From contig NC_135814.1 of NCBI RefSeq assembly GCF_964213995.1, positions 85,374,001 to 85,438,000 on the forward strand: a DNA stretch of 64,000 nucleotides, in the 5' to 3' direction. A program made the translations under genes and the position numbers. A model generated the notes under the pieces. It did not search any database. It was not told the origin of the DNA and was given only the letters and a program-made list of their open reading frames with translations. Source of the DNA: Mustelus asterias. Its lineage: Eukaryota. Below are positions 39,249 to 50,074 of the stretch, piece after piece. The number at the start of each line of letters is the position of its first letter. Within the stretch, counting starts at the first letter, position 1.

Positions 39249-39392
39249 GGACGCGATTTTCCCCAAACAAAACTAAGGCTGACCATTCACGCCAGTGGGA
39301 ATCTCTGCTCCCGCTGCAATGAATGGGAATTTGGCTGAGCGCCAAATTCTCCGTCCTTTCTCGCAGAGGCGGCGGAGCGGAAAATTCTAGCC
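39249..39392. mobile_element. Probable Harbinger-type MITE
   Basis: Ends ggacgcgattttcc / ggaaaattctagcc. Confidence 0.5.
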
Positions 39393-39489
39393 TAAGTGTC
39401 ATAACAACGAGAAAACCAGAGTGACCTGCACCGGACCCACTGACGCAGTGCAGACTGCAGTCATCCAACACTCAGTGACTTTTGGGAGA

Positions 39490-40203
39490 GCATGTCGGAT
39501 CATCAACACGGATGCCATCATCTCACGTGAGAACACCATCCACCAGGTACACGGTACATACTCTTGCAACTCGGCCAACGTTGTCTACCTGATACGCTGC
39601 AGGAAAGGATGTCCCAAGGCATGGTACATTGGGGAAACCATGCAGACGCTACGACAACGGATGAATGAACACCGCTCGACAATCACCAGGCAAGACTGTT
39701 CTCTTCCTGTTGGGGAGCATTTCAGTGGTCACGGGCATTCGGCCTCTGATATTCGGGTAAGCGTTCTCCAAGGCGGCCTTCACGACACACGACAGCGCAG
39801 AGTCGCTGAGCAGAGACTGATAGCCAGGTTCCGCACACATGAGGACGGCCTCAATCGGGATCTTGGGTTCATGTCACACTATCTGTAACCCCCACAACTT
39901 GCTTGGACTTGCAAAGTCTCACTGGCTGTCCTGTCTGGAGACAATACACATCTCTTTAACCTGTGCTAAATGCTCTCTCCACCCACATTGTCTGTACCTT
40001 TAAGACTTGATTAGCTGTAAAGACTCGCATTCCAATCATTATTCATTATTCTGTAACTTGAGTTTGGGTCTTTATATGCCCTGTTTGCTGTTTGTTAGCA
40101 GATCTCCCACTCACCTGACGAAGGAGCAGTGCTCTGAAAGCTAGTGCCGTTTGCTACCAAATAAACCTGTTGGGCTTTAACCTGGTGTTGTTAGACTCCT
40201 TAC
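39490..40203 (+). mobile_element. Penelope-like element 3' fragment (GIY-YIG + pseudo-LTR)
   Basis: ORF to 39888: VVYLIRCRKGCPKAWYIGETMQTLRQRMNEHRS...VGEHF...GLN. Confidence 0.92.
40112..40146 (+). ncRNA. Minimal type I hammerhead ribozyme motif (PLE-type)
   Basis: CAC-CTGACGA-A-GGAGC-AGT-GCTCT-GAAA-GC-TA-GTG: stem I CAC/GTG, intact core, palindromic AGCT stem III. Confidence 0.7.
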
Positions 40204-40687
40204 CATAATTCAAATAGTCGGAATCCAAAGATCCAATCGCGAATGTATCGATAAAAACGTAGACAGATTTTGCTTCCCTGATTTTTCCATGAGCAACTGA
40301 GCCACTCAAAAAAGCCTCTTGTCTGTTCCACCATTTAGTAAGATCATTACTGAGCGACATAACTTAATATACCCAACTTCGCCCGATATTCCTTAATACC
40401 TGTAACTAACAAAGACCTATCAGTCTTGTTTTTGAAGCTCAAATTCCAGTATTGCTGTTGTGATTATTTGAGTTTAACTCCATTGCCATACTGCAATAAA
40501 AGCTGTGACTATCCCGTGAGCTTTCCTATACTTGTGACTTATTTGGCCTTTAAGATCCTATCTTCAGTAAAGCTTGTTATCTGTCCGTGTGATCTCAATG
40601 GGGATGAGGTATTTGGGTTCAAGGTCTCTTGTGTTCTGCTGGGCAATTCGAGTTATCCTTTTTCCTTTCATAAGCAGATGCAGAGTG

Positions 40688-40980
40688 ACGGTGGCACAGT
40701 GGTTAGCACCGCTGCCTCACAGCGCCAGGGACCCGGGTTCGATTCCCAGCTTGGGTCACTGTCAGTACGGAGTCTGCACATTCTCCCCGTGTCTGTGTGG
40801 GTTTCCTCCGGGTGCTCCGGTTTCCTCTGAAAGACGTACTGTTTGGATGCATTGGCCATGCTAAATTCTCCCTCAGTGTACCCAAACTGCTGCCAAAGTG
40901 TGGCGACTAGGGGATTTTCACAGTAACTTCATTGCAGTGTTAATGTAAGCCTACTTGTGACACTAATAAATACACTTTTA
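40688..40980 (+). mobile_element. V-SINE with alternative (Rex/Babar-like) tail, full length
   Basis: A/B boxes, V domain, tail ending cttgtgacactaataaat. Confidence 0.9.
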
Positions 40981-41719
40981 AAAAATCATCCCCTGTGATT
41001 GGCAAATAAAGAGTTAATGTGAGATGGATGTTGGTTACTTCTGTTTTCCCCAAGGGTAATCTGCAAGCTCCTTCATCTCTGTTCTGTTATAGGTGATTTT
41101 CAATACCAATTACTTTAATTGAACGAACAATCATAAAACACAAGTGTAGTCAGTCATCTGTGCAGGGATATTCCAGCCTATACTAAGTAACATAGGTTTA
41201 CATTTTCCAAGCATCTCCCACCCTCACTATTCACTGCCTCCACAACACATTTCCTTTCTGAAGCCACCATTGAACATGCTGAGTCAAACAAGGTGCAACA
41301 AAGCCACATGTAACCACAAAGCCACATGTAACAAGGAGCTGTGAATTTTAGGAAGTGCCCTAAATAAAAGCTTGCAGATGTAAACTGCTTACCAAAAAGT
41401 TAATTTGCAAAAGAGACTAGTTAACAAGCCGCGATCCTTCCCTTTATGCACAATTCATGAAGCTTTTTGTAACAACTAACTGGATTGAGATATGCCTGGA
41501 AAGTATAAGAGGCAGTGCTCAAGTGCCAGAAATGAGGTTTAATGCTTTGCAATTTTCTAAAGTTGTAACAGCTTTCTTTAAAAAAATGCTATGACAATAA
41601 CATACAAGTGAGCCACTCACCCAGAGGGGAGCAGGGAACTAGCTTAACTCGCAACCTTAATGGAATCTAATGAGACTTCTGGTCTTCCAGTCTGTAAATA
41701 CAGAAAGTACAGGCCAAAC

Positions 41720-42567
41720 CAAAAATGGAAATAAGAGAGGAATAGCCTGTGTTTGAGAATAAGTTTAAAAGGGAACCCAAAAGTCTTTTATAGACATGAT
41801 AAAAGTAAAACAGTGGTCAAATAAAGGGTGGAGTCAATTGAGGCAAACAAAAATCTTCTTAAATCAGAGGACATGACTGAGGTACTAATTGAGTATTTTT
41901 CAGATGTTGCTAGTAAGGACTAGGATATTGCCAATGATGCAGTAGAGAAATTGGATAGGATAAAAACAGGTAAAGAGGAAATATTAAAATGATTAGAAAA
42001 GACACCTGCTCAGGATAGGACGCTTCCTATTCTCTGCTTTCTGTCTCTTAGCCTATTGTGTATCCACACTGTTCCTTTTATCCAGTGGGCTTTGCTTCAA
42101 TTGTGCTAACAAGTCTTTAATGTGGTTCTTTGTCAAAAGCTTTTTGAAAGTCTGTTTACACAACATCAACCACACCAAGTTGATAAGAAAAGTAAGGTTG
42201 GAAACTCTGGAGGCCCTGGCAAAATTCTTTCATTCCTCCTCAGATGTGAAAGTTGTGCCAGAGGTCTGGAGGATTGGAAATCCCTGTTCAAAAAAGGGGA
42301 GAGGGATAAACCCAACAACTACAGATCAGTTACCCAAGTGTTGATGATGGTGAAACATTTAAAGATATTAATCTGGGACAAAATTAATTAGCATTTAGAA
42401 AAATATGCAAGTCAGCCCAAATGTGTCACAATCATATTTAACTAACTTGGTTAAGTTATCTGATGAACTAACATAAGGGATTGGTCAAGGTAGCACAGTT
42501 GTGTGTATAGACTTACAGAAAATAAAATATTATAAAATAGACTTGTTAGCAAAATTGAACCTCATGG
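41720..42567 (+). mobile_element. Old degenerate CR1 fragment (resumes at 44016-44490)
   Basis: VPEVWR, LFKKGERDKPNNYRSV. Confidence 0.65.
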
Positions 42568-42819
42568 TGAATATTTTTTAAAATCCCATCAGCTAACCCT
42601 TTATATTACAAAAACTTTAAAATAATCAGCAGAGTAAGAGATCTAAAGATAGCCACATGTATAATACTGTATTCAGTTTTGTTTCTTTTACATAACGAGT
42701 GAGAGAGTAAAAAGTTCAAAAAAGTACCACAAGATTATTTCCCAGTTTAAAGAACTATAGTTAAAAAAGCAACAGAGATTGCTAGAAGTTTATAAAACAG
42801 TGAAAAGGCTGAATTACAT

Positions 42820-43852
42820 AGAGTCATAGAGGTTTACAGCATGGAAACAGGCCCTTTGGCCCAACTTTTCCATGCCGCCCCTTTTTTAACCCCAAAGCAA
42901 GTCCCAATTGCCTGCGTTTGGCCCATATCCCTCTATACCCATCTTACCCATGTAATTGTCTAAATGCTTTTTAAAAGACAAAATTGTATCTGCCTTTACT
43001 ACTACCTGTGGCAGCTTGTTCCAGACACTTAACACCCTCTGTGTTAAAAAATTGCCCCTCTGGATCCTTTTGTATCTCTCCCCTCTCACCTTAAACCTAT
43101 GCCCTCTAGTTTTAGACTCCCCTACCTTTGGGAAAAGATAATGACTATCTAGCTGATCTACGCCCCTCATTATTTTATAGACCTCTATAAGATTGCCCCT
43201 AAGCCTCCTGCGCTCCAGAGAAAAAAGTCCCAGTCTATCCAGCCTCTCCTTATAACTCAATCCATCAAGTCCCGGTAACATCCTAGTAAATCTTTTCTGC
43301 ACTCTTTCTAGTTTAATAATATCCTTTCCATAATAGGGTGACCAGAATTGCACACAGTATTCCAAGTGTGGCTTTACCAATGTCTTGTACAACTTCAACA
43401 AGACGTTCCAACTCCTGTATTCAGTCTTCTGACCGATGAAACCAAGCATGCCGAATGCCGTCTTCACCACTCTGTCCACCTGTGACTCCACTTTCAAGGA
43501 GCTATGAACAGGTACCCCTAGATCTCTTTGTTCTGTAACTCTCCCCAACGCCCTACCATTAACTGAGTAAGTCTTGCCCTGGTTCAATCTACCAAAATGC
43601 ATCACCTCGCATTTGTCTAAATTAAACTCCATCTGCCATTCGTTAGCCCACTGGCCCAATTGATCAAGATCCATTGCAATCCTGGAAACCCTCTTCACTG
43701 TCCACATGCCACCAATCTTGGCGTCATCTGCAAACTTACTAACCATGCCTCCTAAATTCTCATCCAAATCATTAATATAAATGACAAATAACAGTGGACC
43801 TAATACAGATCCCTGATGCACACCACTGGTCACAGGCCTCTAGTTTGAAAAA
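42820..43852 (-). mobile_element. CR1 (HER1-like) 5'-truncated copy
   Basis: ORF 42886-43833 (GVHQGSVLGP, KFADD). Confidence 0.95.
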
Positions 43853-44109
43853 CATGTCTATTAGATTATTTCACTTTAACTGTTTGGAAAGGACCAGGGG
43901 TCAGGCAGTTCAACTACATGAGTGGAAATACGTCGCTGCGGTGGGAGGGTTGTGTGTTTTGGCGCATCTTGCGCAATTCTCCGGCCACAACGCGATTTGC
44001 ACCAGGCACACAGGGCAGTTGTGTAGATAGACTTACAGAACATAAAATATCGCACAATAGACTTGTTAGCAAAATTGAACCTATGGAATTAAAGGGACCG
44101 TGACAACTG

Positions 44110-44424
44110 GGCGACACAGTGTTAGCACTGCTGCCTCAAAGTGCCAGGGACCCAGGTTCAATTCCGGCCTTGGGTGACTGTGTGGAGTTTGCACATTTTC
44201 CCCAAGTCTGTGTGGGTTTCCTCCGGGTGCTCCGGTTTCCTCCCACGTTTCAAAGATGTGTAGGTTAGGTTGATCGGCCATATTAAATTGCCTTTTAGCA
44301 TTAGGGGGTCTAGTGGGTTAATGCGTGGGGTTACAGGGATAGGGCCTGGTTGGGATTGTTGTCGGTGCACACCTGATGGGCTGAGTGGCCTCCTTTTGCA
44401 CTGTAAGGATTCAATGATTCTATG
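44110..44424 (+). mobile_element. HE1-like V-SINE, CR1-type tail
   Basis: Head, V domain and tail as in the 12121 copy. Confidence 0.88.
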
Positions 44425-44496
44425 AACTGGGATACAAAATTGGCTAAGGGACAGAAAGCATAGTGATAAACGGTTGTTCTTCAGACTCGAGAGGAA

Positions 44497-44912
44497 AGAA
44501 AGAATCCTAGCATTTCAATAATGCTTTTCATACCTCAGATCATTCCAAATTACTTTACAGCTAATGAAATACTTCTGTTGTAATGTAAGAGGTTTGGCAA
44601 TCAGTTTCCATACAGCAAGTTCCCAGAACAACGATGTGATAATCTGCTTGAGTGACACTGAACGTTGACCGAGGGTTAAAATGGCCAGAACACTGATGGT
44701 AACTCCCCTGTGTTCGTCTTTTTAAAAATGTCATGAGACCTTCTATATCCACCTGAGGGAGCAGACGGGGCCCTCAGTTTAACATCTCATCCAAAACACA
44801 GCATCCACATCGGTGTTGCATTGCCGACATTTTGTGGTCAAGTCTCTGGAGCGTGACGTGAACGCACAATCTTATAACTCAGAGGTGAGAGTGCTAACAA
44901 CTGAGCCATGGC
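44497..44912 (-). mobile_element. Deu-domain SINE (SacSINE1/AmnSINE-like)
   Basis: Minus strand ggatgagatgttaaactgagggccccgtctgctccctcaggtggatatagaaggtctcatgacattttt matches the recalled Deu core; tRNA-like head and L2-type tail. Confidence 0.75.
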
Positions 44913-45037
44913 AGAGGTAGACTTACAATGAAACATATAGCACTGCAGCATAGGGCCCCCACCAATGGAGGGGCCCCATACTGAGAGGTGGGTGTGGGAG
45001 CACCAATCAGAGCCTGGTAGCTCAGTATTTGCTAATA

Positions 45038-45327
45038 AAAAGTTTATTTGTTAGTGTCACAAGTAAGCTTACATTAACATCACAATGAAATTACTGTGAA
45101 AATCCCCTAGTCGCCACACTCCAGCACCTGTTCAGGTACACTGAGGGAGAATTTTGCATGGCCAATGCATCTAACCAGCACGCCTTTCAGACTGTGGGAG
45201 GAAACCGGAGCACCCGGAGGAAAACCATGTTGACACGGGAAGAACGTGTAGACTCTGCACTGATGGTGACCCAAGCCGGGAATCGAACCTGGAGCTGTGG
45301 TACAGCAGTGCTAACCACTTGCCACCA
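45038..45327 (-). mobile_element. V-SINE with alternative (Rex/Babar-like) tail
   Basis: As the 40688 copy, in reverse. Confidence 0.88.
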
Positions 45328-46353
45328 TTAGGCTCTTCAGCCTATCAGCGGGCATTGCAGAAAAACATCAGACTGTTTGGTGGGGTTCCCTTAGACATTG
45401 AAAGGTGGTGGTGACTTGAAAGCAGTTTGGACTTATCTCCTTATTGTCTGGCCTGAAGTTTCTGAACTTGAGAGTGAGAGGCCCAGGCGGCGAGGACGAG
45501 GCTGCTGAGCCAGGGCGAGAGCAGAGGCCAGGGGAGGCCAGATAAAGCCAACAACAGCAGCCAGGCAGCCAGCCAGGAACATACAAGTTGGTCAAAATTC
45601 AAAGCCTGGCCACCCAAGCAAGAGATAAGCAGTCAGGCGGTGCATGGGCCAGACAGGCACCAACATTGTTTTCACGGAGCAGTGGCCAACTCAACCAGAG
45701 GCCATGGCTGAGAGTGAGGAGGGCTGGGCAACCAGACTGACAAGGGTGAGAGCAGGGACCAGGCCAGAGAACCAGCAGCGGTAACCAGTGAGCCACCAGC
45801 TTGCCTGCAAGCTTAGGTCATCAAGGGAGCAGCTGCAGGAGCGACATGGCCCCCAGGCCAGAGCTGAGGAGGGCTGGGCAGGCGAGGGTGAGGCCAGACC
45901 ATAGCCAGGCAGCCTGAGCCAGCAGTGAGGCAAAGTGTTCGAGGTCAGCAGGGACAATTTGACCCCCAGGGCTGAGAAGGGCAAAGAGGCCTGCTCTTTC
46001 TGAAAATTCATATTTGTTGAAATGAAGATCAATCAATTAACATGAAGTGACACTACAAATCTGGCCAAAATGCAGAAAGTTGAAGGTGAAACAAGAGGAT
46101 GAAGCTGGGCAAAAGGTAAAGGTTTGAAGTATTGAGCAGTGCCTAAACTGCACGTTCATCCCCAACAACAACATCCACCACAGGTTTTGATGATTTGTCT
46201 GATTGCTTTGACCTGCCAATTTCTGGAGCCAACACATCACCTGAAAAACTTGAACCAGAAGTGGACTCTGAAATGGGAATGGAACTACAAGATAATGCTC
46301 AAGCTCATTCTTCTGTAGCTGAAGTGAGGGGAGAAACCCATCCTGAAGAGTAT

Positions 46354-46483
46354 GGGTGGGATTTTAAGGCCTCGCTCGAGCAAGACCGGGAATTCCCAGC
46401 CGAGGTCAACGGAGATTTCCGTTGTTGGACCTTCACCCGTTCCGATTCCGATTCCGTGGCGGGTGATGTGGTAGAGTTCCAGC
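46354..46483. mobile_element. ~130-bp Harbinger-type MITE
   Basis: Ends gggtgggatttt / agagttccagc; possible TSD TAT (46351-46353, 46484-46486). Confidence 0.55.
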
Positions 46484-46595
46484 TATTGTCTTATGGCCAA
46501 AATCAGTATCACTGGGTCTGACTGAATATTTTGTAATTAACAGGGGGGTTGCTGGACAGGTGGGAGAGTGGGAATGCCTTGGCTTTCTTGGGGGA

Positions 46596-48409
46596 AGCAC
46601 AGTAAGAAGTCTCACAACACCAGGTTAAAGTCCAACAGGTTTATTTGGCAGCACGAGCTTTCGGAGCACTGCCCCTTCATCAGGTGAGTGGGAGTTGTGT
46701 TCACAAACAGGGCATATAAAGACACAGACTCAATTTACAAGATAATGGTTGGAATGCAAATCTTTACAGGTAATCAAGTCTTAAAGGTACAAACAATGTG
46801 AGTGGAGAGAGGGTTAAGCACAGGTTAAAGGGATGTGTATTGTCTCCAGCCAGGACAGTTAGTGAGATTTTGCAAGCCCAGGCAAGTCATGGGGGTTACA
46901 GATAGTGTGACATGAACCCAAGATCCCGGTTGAGGCCGTCCTCATGTGTGCAGAACTTGGCTATCAGTCTCTGCTCAGCAATTCTGCGTTGTCATGTGTC
47001 GTGAAGGCCATCTTGGAGAACACTTACCCGAAGATCAGAGGCTGAATGCCCATGACTGCTAAAGTGTTCCCCGACTGGAAGGGAACACTCCTGCCTGGCG
47101 ATTGTCGAGCAGTGTTCATTCATCCGTTGTCATAGCGTTTGCATGGTCTCCCCAATGTACCATCTTTTCCTGCAGCGTATCAGGTAGACAACGTTGGCCG
47201 AGTTGCAAGAGTATGTACCCGTGTACCTGGTGGATGGTGTTCTCACGTGAGATGATGACATCCGTGTCGATGATCTGGCACGTCTTGCAGAGGTTGCTGT
47301 GGCAGGGTTGTGTGGTGTTGTGGTCACTGTTCTCCTGAAGGCTGGGTAGTTTGCTGCGGACAATGGTCTGTTTGAGGTTGTGCGGTTGTTTGAAGGCAAG
47401 AAATGGGGGTATGGGGATGGCCTTGGTGAGATGTTAGTCTTCATTGATGACATGTTGAAGGCTCCGGAGAAGATGTCGTAGCTTTTCCGCTCCGGGGAAG
47501 TACTGGACGACGAAGGGTACTCTGTCCGCCGTGTCCCGTGTTTGTCTTCTGAGGAGGTCGGTGCAGTTTTTCACTGTGGCGCATCGGAACTGTCGATTGA
47601 TGAGTCAAGCGCCATATCCTGTTCTTATGAGGGCATCTTTCAGTGTCTGTAGGTATCTGTTGCGATCCTCCTCATCCGAGCAGATCCTGTGTATACGGAG
47701 GGCTTGTCCGTAGGGGATGGCTTCTTTAACGTGTTTAGGGTGGAAGCTGGAGAAGTGGAGCATCGTGAGGTTATCCGTGGGCTTGCGGTACAGTGAAGTG
47801 CTGAGATTACCTTCCTTGATGGAGATGCGTGTGTCCAAGAATGCAACCGATTCCGGAGAGTAGTCCATGATGACTCTGATGGTAGGTTGGAACTTGTTGA
47901 TGTCATCATATAGCTGTTTCAATGATTGTTCGCCCTGAGTCCAAAGGACGAAAATATCATCGATGTATCTAGTTATAGTGTCGGTTGAGGGTCCTGTGCG
48001 GTGAAGAGGTTTTTTTCGAACCTGTGCATAAAGATATTGGCATATTGAGGTGCGAATTTGGTCCCCACGGCTGTTTCGTGCGTCTGGATGAAGAACTGGT
48101 TGTTGAAGGTGAAGACGTTGTGGTCCAGGATGAAGCGGATGAGTTGTAGAATTGCATCTGGAGATTGGCAGTTGTCGGCGTTGAGTACTGAGGCAGTTGC
48201 AGCAATGCCGTCGTCGTGGGGGATGCTGGTGTAGAGTGCCGAGACATCCATTGTGACGAGGAGTGTTCCTGGTTCAACTGCTCCATGTGTGCTGAGTTTC
48301 TGTAGGAAGTCCGTAGTGTCACGACAGAAGCTGGGGGTTCTTTGTACAATGGGTCTCAGGATGCCCTCGACGTAGCCGGAGAGGTTCAACGCCGGCATCT
48401 CCACATCAT
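46596..48409 (-). mobile_element. Penelope-like element (Neptune type), RT + GIY-YIG, with inverted terminal tail
   Basis: 15-bp TSD ggctttcttggggga (46581-46595 / 48410-48424); RT motifs MDVSALYTSIP, GTKFAPQYANIFM, YIDD; stops and frameshifts present. Confidence 0.95.
46652..46686 (-). ncRNA. Minimal type I hammerhead ribozyme motif (PLE-type)
   Basis: Minus strand CAC-CTGATGA-A-GGGGC-AGT-GCTCC-GAAA-GC-TC-GTG. Confidence 0.7.
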
Positions 48410-48759
48410 GGCTTTCTTGGGGGAGACAGGTTTGAGTGGAAAAGTTGCCTGTTCCTTGTGTGGCCTCACTGCAGTTTGGAGTGTGATGATGTCCAGTGAG
48501 GTTAGGGATCACCTAACCCAGAGACCATGGGTGGGTCAGGGGGAGCAGGGGCCTGTGTCTGTGACCCTTCCACCTCACTCCTGGAGGAAGCAGCTCCTGC
48601 AAGCTGCATTGGAGAGGGTTCGTCAGTCTTCAAACACTATATGATTCAGGAATAAGGGAGGACTCGAGGGCAACAGGGTGTTTGACAATGCGGAGTGTCT
48701 CTCTCTCGCTCTATTGCTCTGTCTCTCTCTCTCTCTCCCTGCCCTCCCCCATTCTCCCC

Positions 48760-49420
48760 TTCATAGGGAGACGGTGCAGCATCTGTGCCAGGCGTTAACT
48801 CATCTGGCACCTGCAGGAGGAGGAGGAGGATACCTGTTCCCAGTGGCCTTGGAAGGTCACAGCTACCTTGAACTTTTGTGCAATTGGATCATTCCAGGAA
48901 TCGACTGGGGACCTGTGCGGTATATCTCAAACCTCCAGGCACAGGTGCATTCGTGAAGTGACAGATGCCCTGAGTGTTCGGGCATCTGATTATATCACCT
49001 TCCACCTGGACCCGGCTCACCAGGATGCCCAGGCTGAAGGATTCTCTGCCATCGCCAGGATGCCCCTGATCCAGGGGGCAATAGATAGCACCCATGTCGC
49101 CCTTCGTGCTCCGTCTCAACATGGGGTGTCCTTCATTAACAGGAAGGGGTACCACTCTATGAATATCCAACTGGTGTGTGACCACCTCATGAACATCATA
49201 CATGTCTGTGCACACAATCTGGGAGCATGCACGACTCCTACATCTTGGGACAGTCGGAGATATCCGACATGTTCAAAGGTCACCCTCAGCCGAGAGGATG
49301 GCTAGTGGGGGACAAGGACTACCCGTTAAGGTCATGGCTGATGACACCTGTGTAGAGGCCCCAGACTGAGGGGGAAACCCATTACAATGAGGCCCACTCT
49401 GCCACTAGGAGCATAGGTGT
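48760..49420 (+). mobile_element. PIF/Harbinger DDE transposase relic (HARBI1-like)
   Basis: LNFCAIGSFQ..TGDLCGISQ, QGAIDSTHV, FINRKGYHSMNIQLVCD, then after a frameshift WLVGDKDYPLRSWLMTP..YNEAH; internal stop. Confidence 0.88.
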
Positions 49421-49445
49421 CAAAAGCTTTGAGTACAGTCTTAAG

Positions 49446-49533
49446 GTGGAGATGCCGGCATTGGACTGGGGTAAACACAGTAAGAGTTTTAACAACACCA
49501 GGTTGGACTTTAACCTGGTGTTGTTAAAACTCT
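49446..49533. mobile_element. Micro fold-back PLE insertion (~88 bp)
   Basis: TSD tacagtcttaag (49434-49445 / 49534-49545); perfect 25-bp inverted arms gtaagagttttaacaacaccaggtt / aacctggtgttgttaaaactcttac. Confidence 0.88.
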
Positions 49534-50074
49534 TACAGTCTTAAGTACAGTGTACTCCTCCACTCCTGTCTGAGGAGAACGTCACCTGCTACTGGAACTA
49601 CAGAATAAATATGCTTTTCATCGACGATCCAATGCTGCTTGATAACGGCAAAAATGGGGTTTCTATAACTTCCACTGCTGGCCTCTCTGCAGGCTCGCGA
49701 GGCAGTCAGATGGTCAAGATAGAGGCAGGACCGTTCACCAGGTATGGTCATCGTTACCTCTCTCCAGTTTGCCTCTTTCTTGCGTTGAGTCACAAGTTCC
49801 TTCAATACCACCAAATGCTTTTTGATGTCTCCACTGCTCCCACCATGTTCTGAGATAGTCTTTCTTTCTGTGGACCCTAGGCACAGTAGTTGGTAGACAG
49901 ACTGCAGTCATATCTGGTGTCTGTTTAACGCTTGCTTATTAGTGCTTCATCTAAACAGGTTACAGAGTAAGCATGTTGCTTCTAGGCATGGTATTCCAAC
50001 CTCTCTAGAGAGAATCTAACATACAACTGACTGATGTCAGTGGAATACCATCACCCATTTTATATGTTAGCATA

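Noticed and set aside
41297-41333. 18-bp tandem duplication (acaaagccacatgtaacc)
   Set aside because: Ordinary slippage duplication with no further structure.
48868-49305. Domesticated HARBI1 gene
   Set aside because: Frameshift, in-frame stop and truncation indicate a transposon relic.
16454-49533. Recurrent repeat (gtaagaagtctcacaacaccaggttaaagtccaac) as a CRISPR-like array
   Set aside because: The copies are dispersed in both orientations, have no spacers and are contiguous with PLE ORFs; the context is eukaryotic.
49546-50070. Possible LTR-retroelement gag/LTR remnant
   Set aside because: No recognisable motif, PBS or second LTR could be established.
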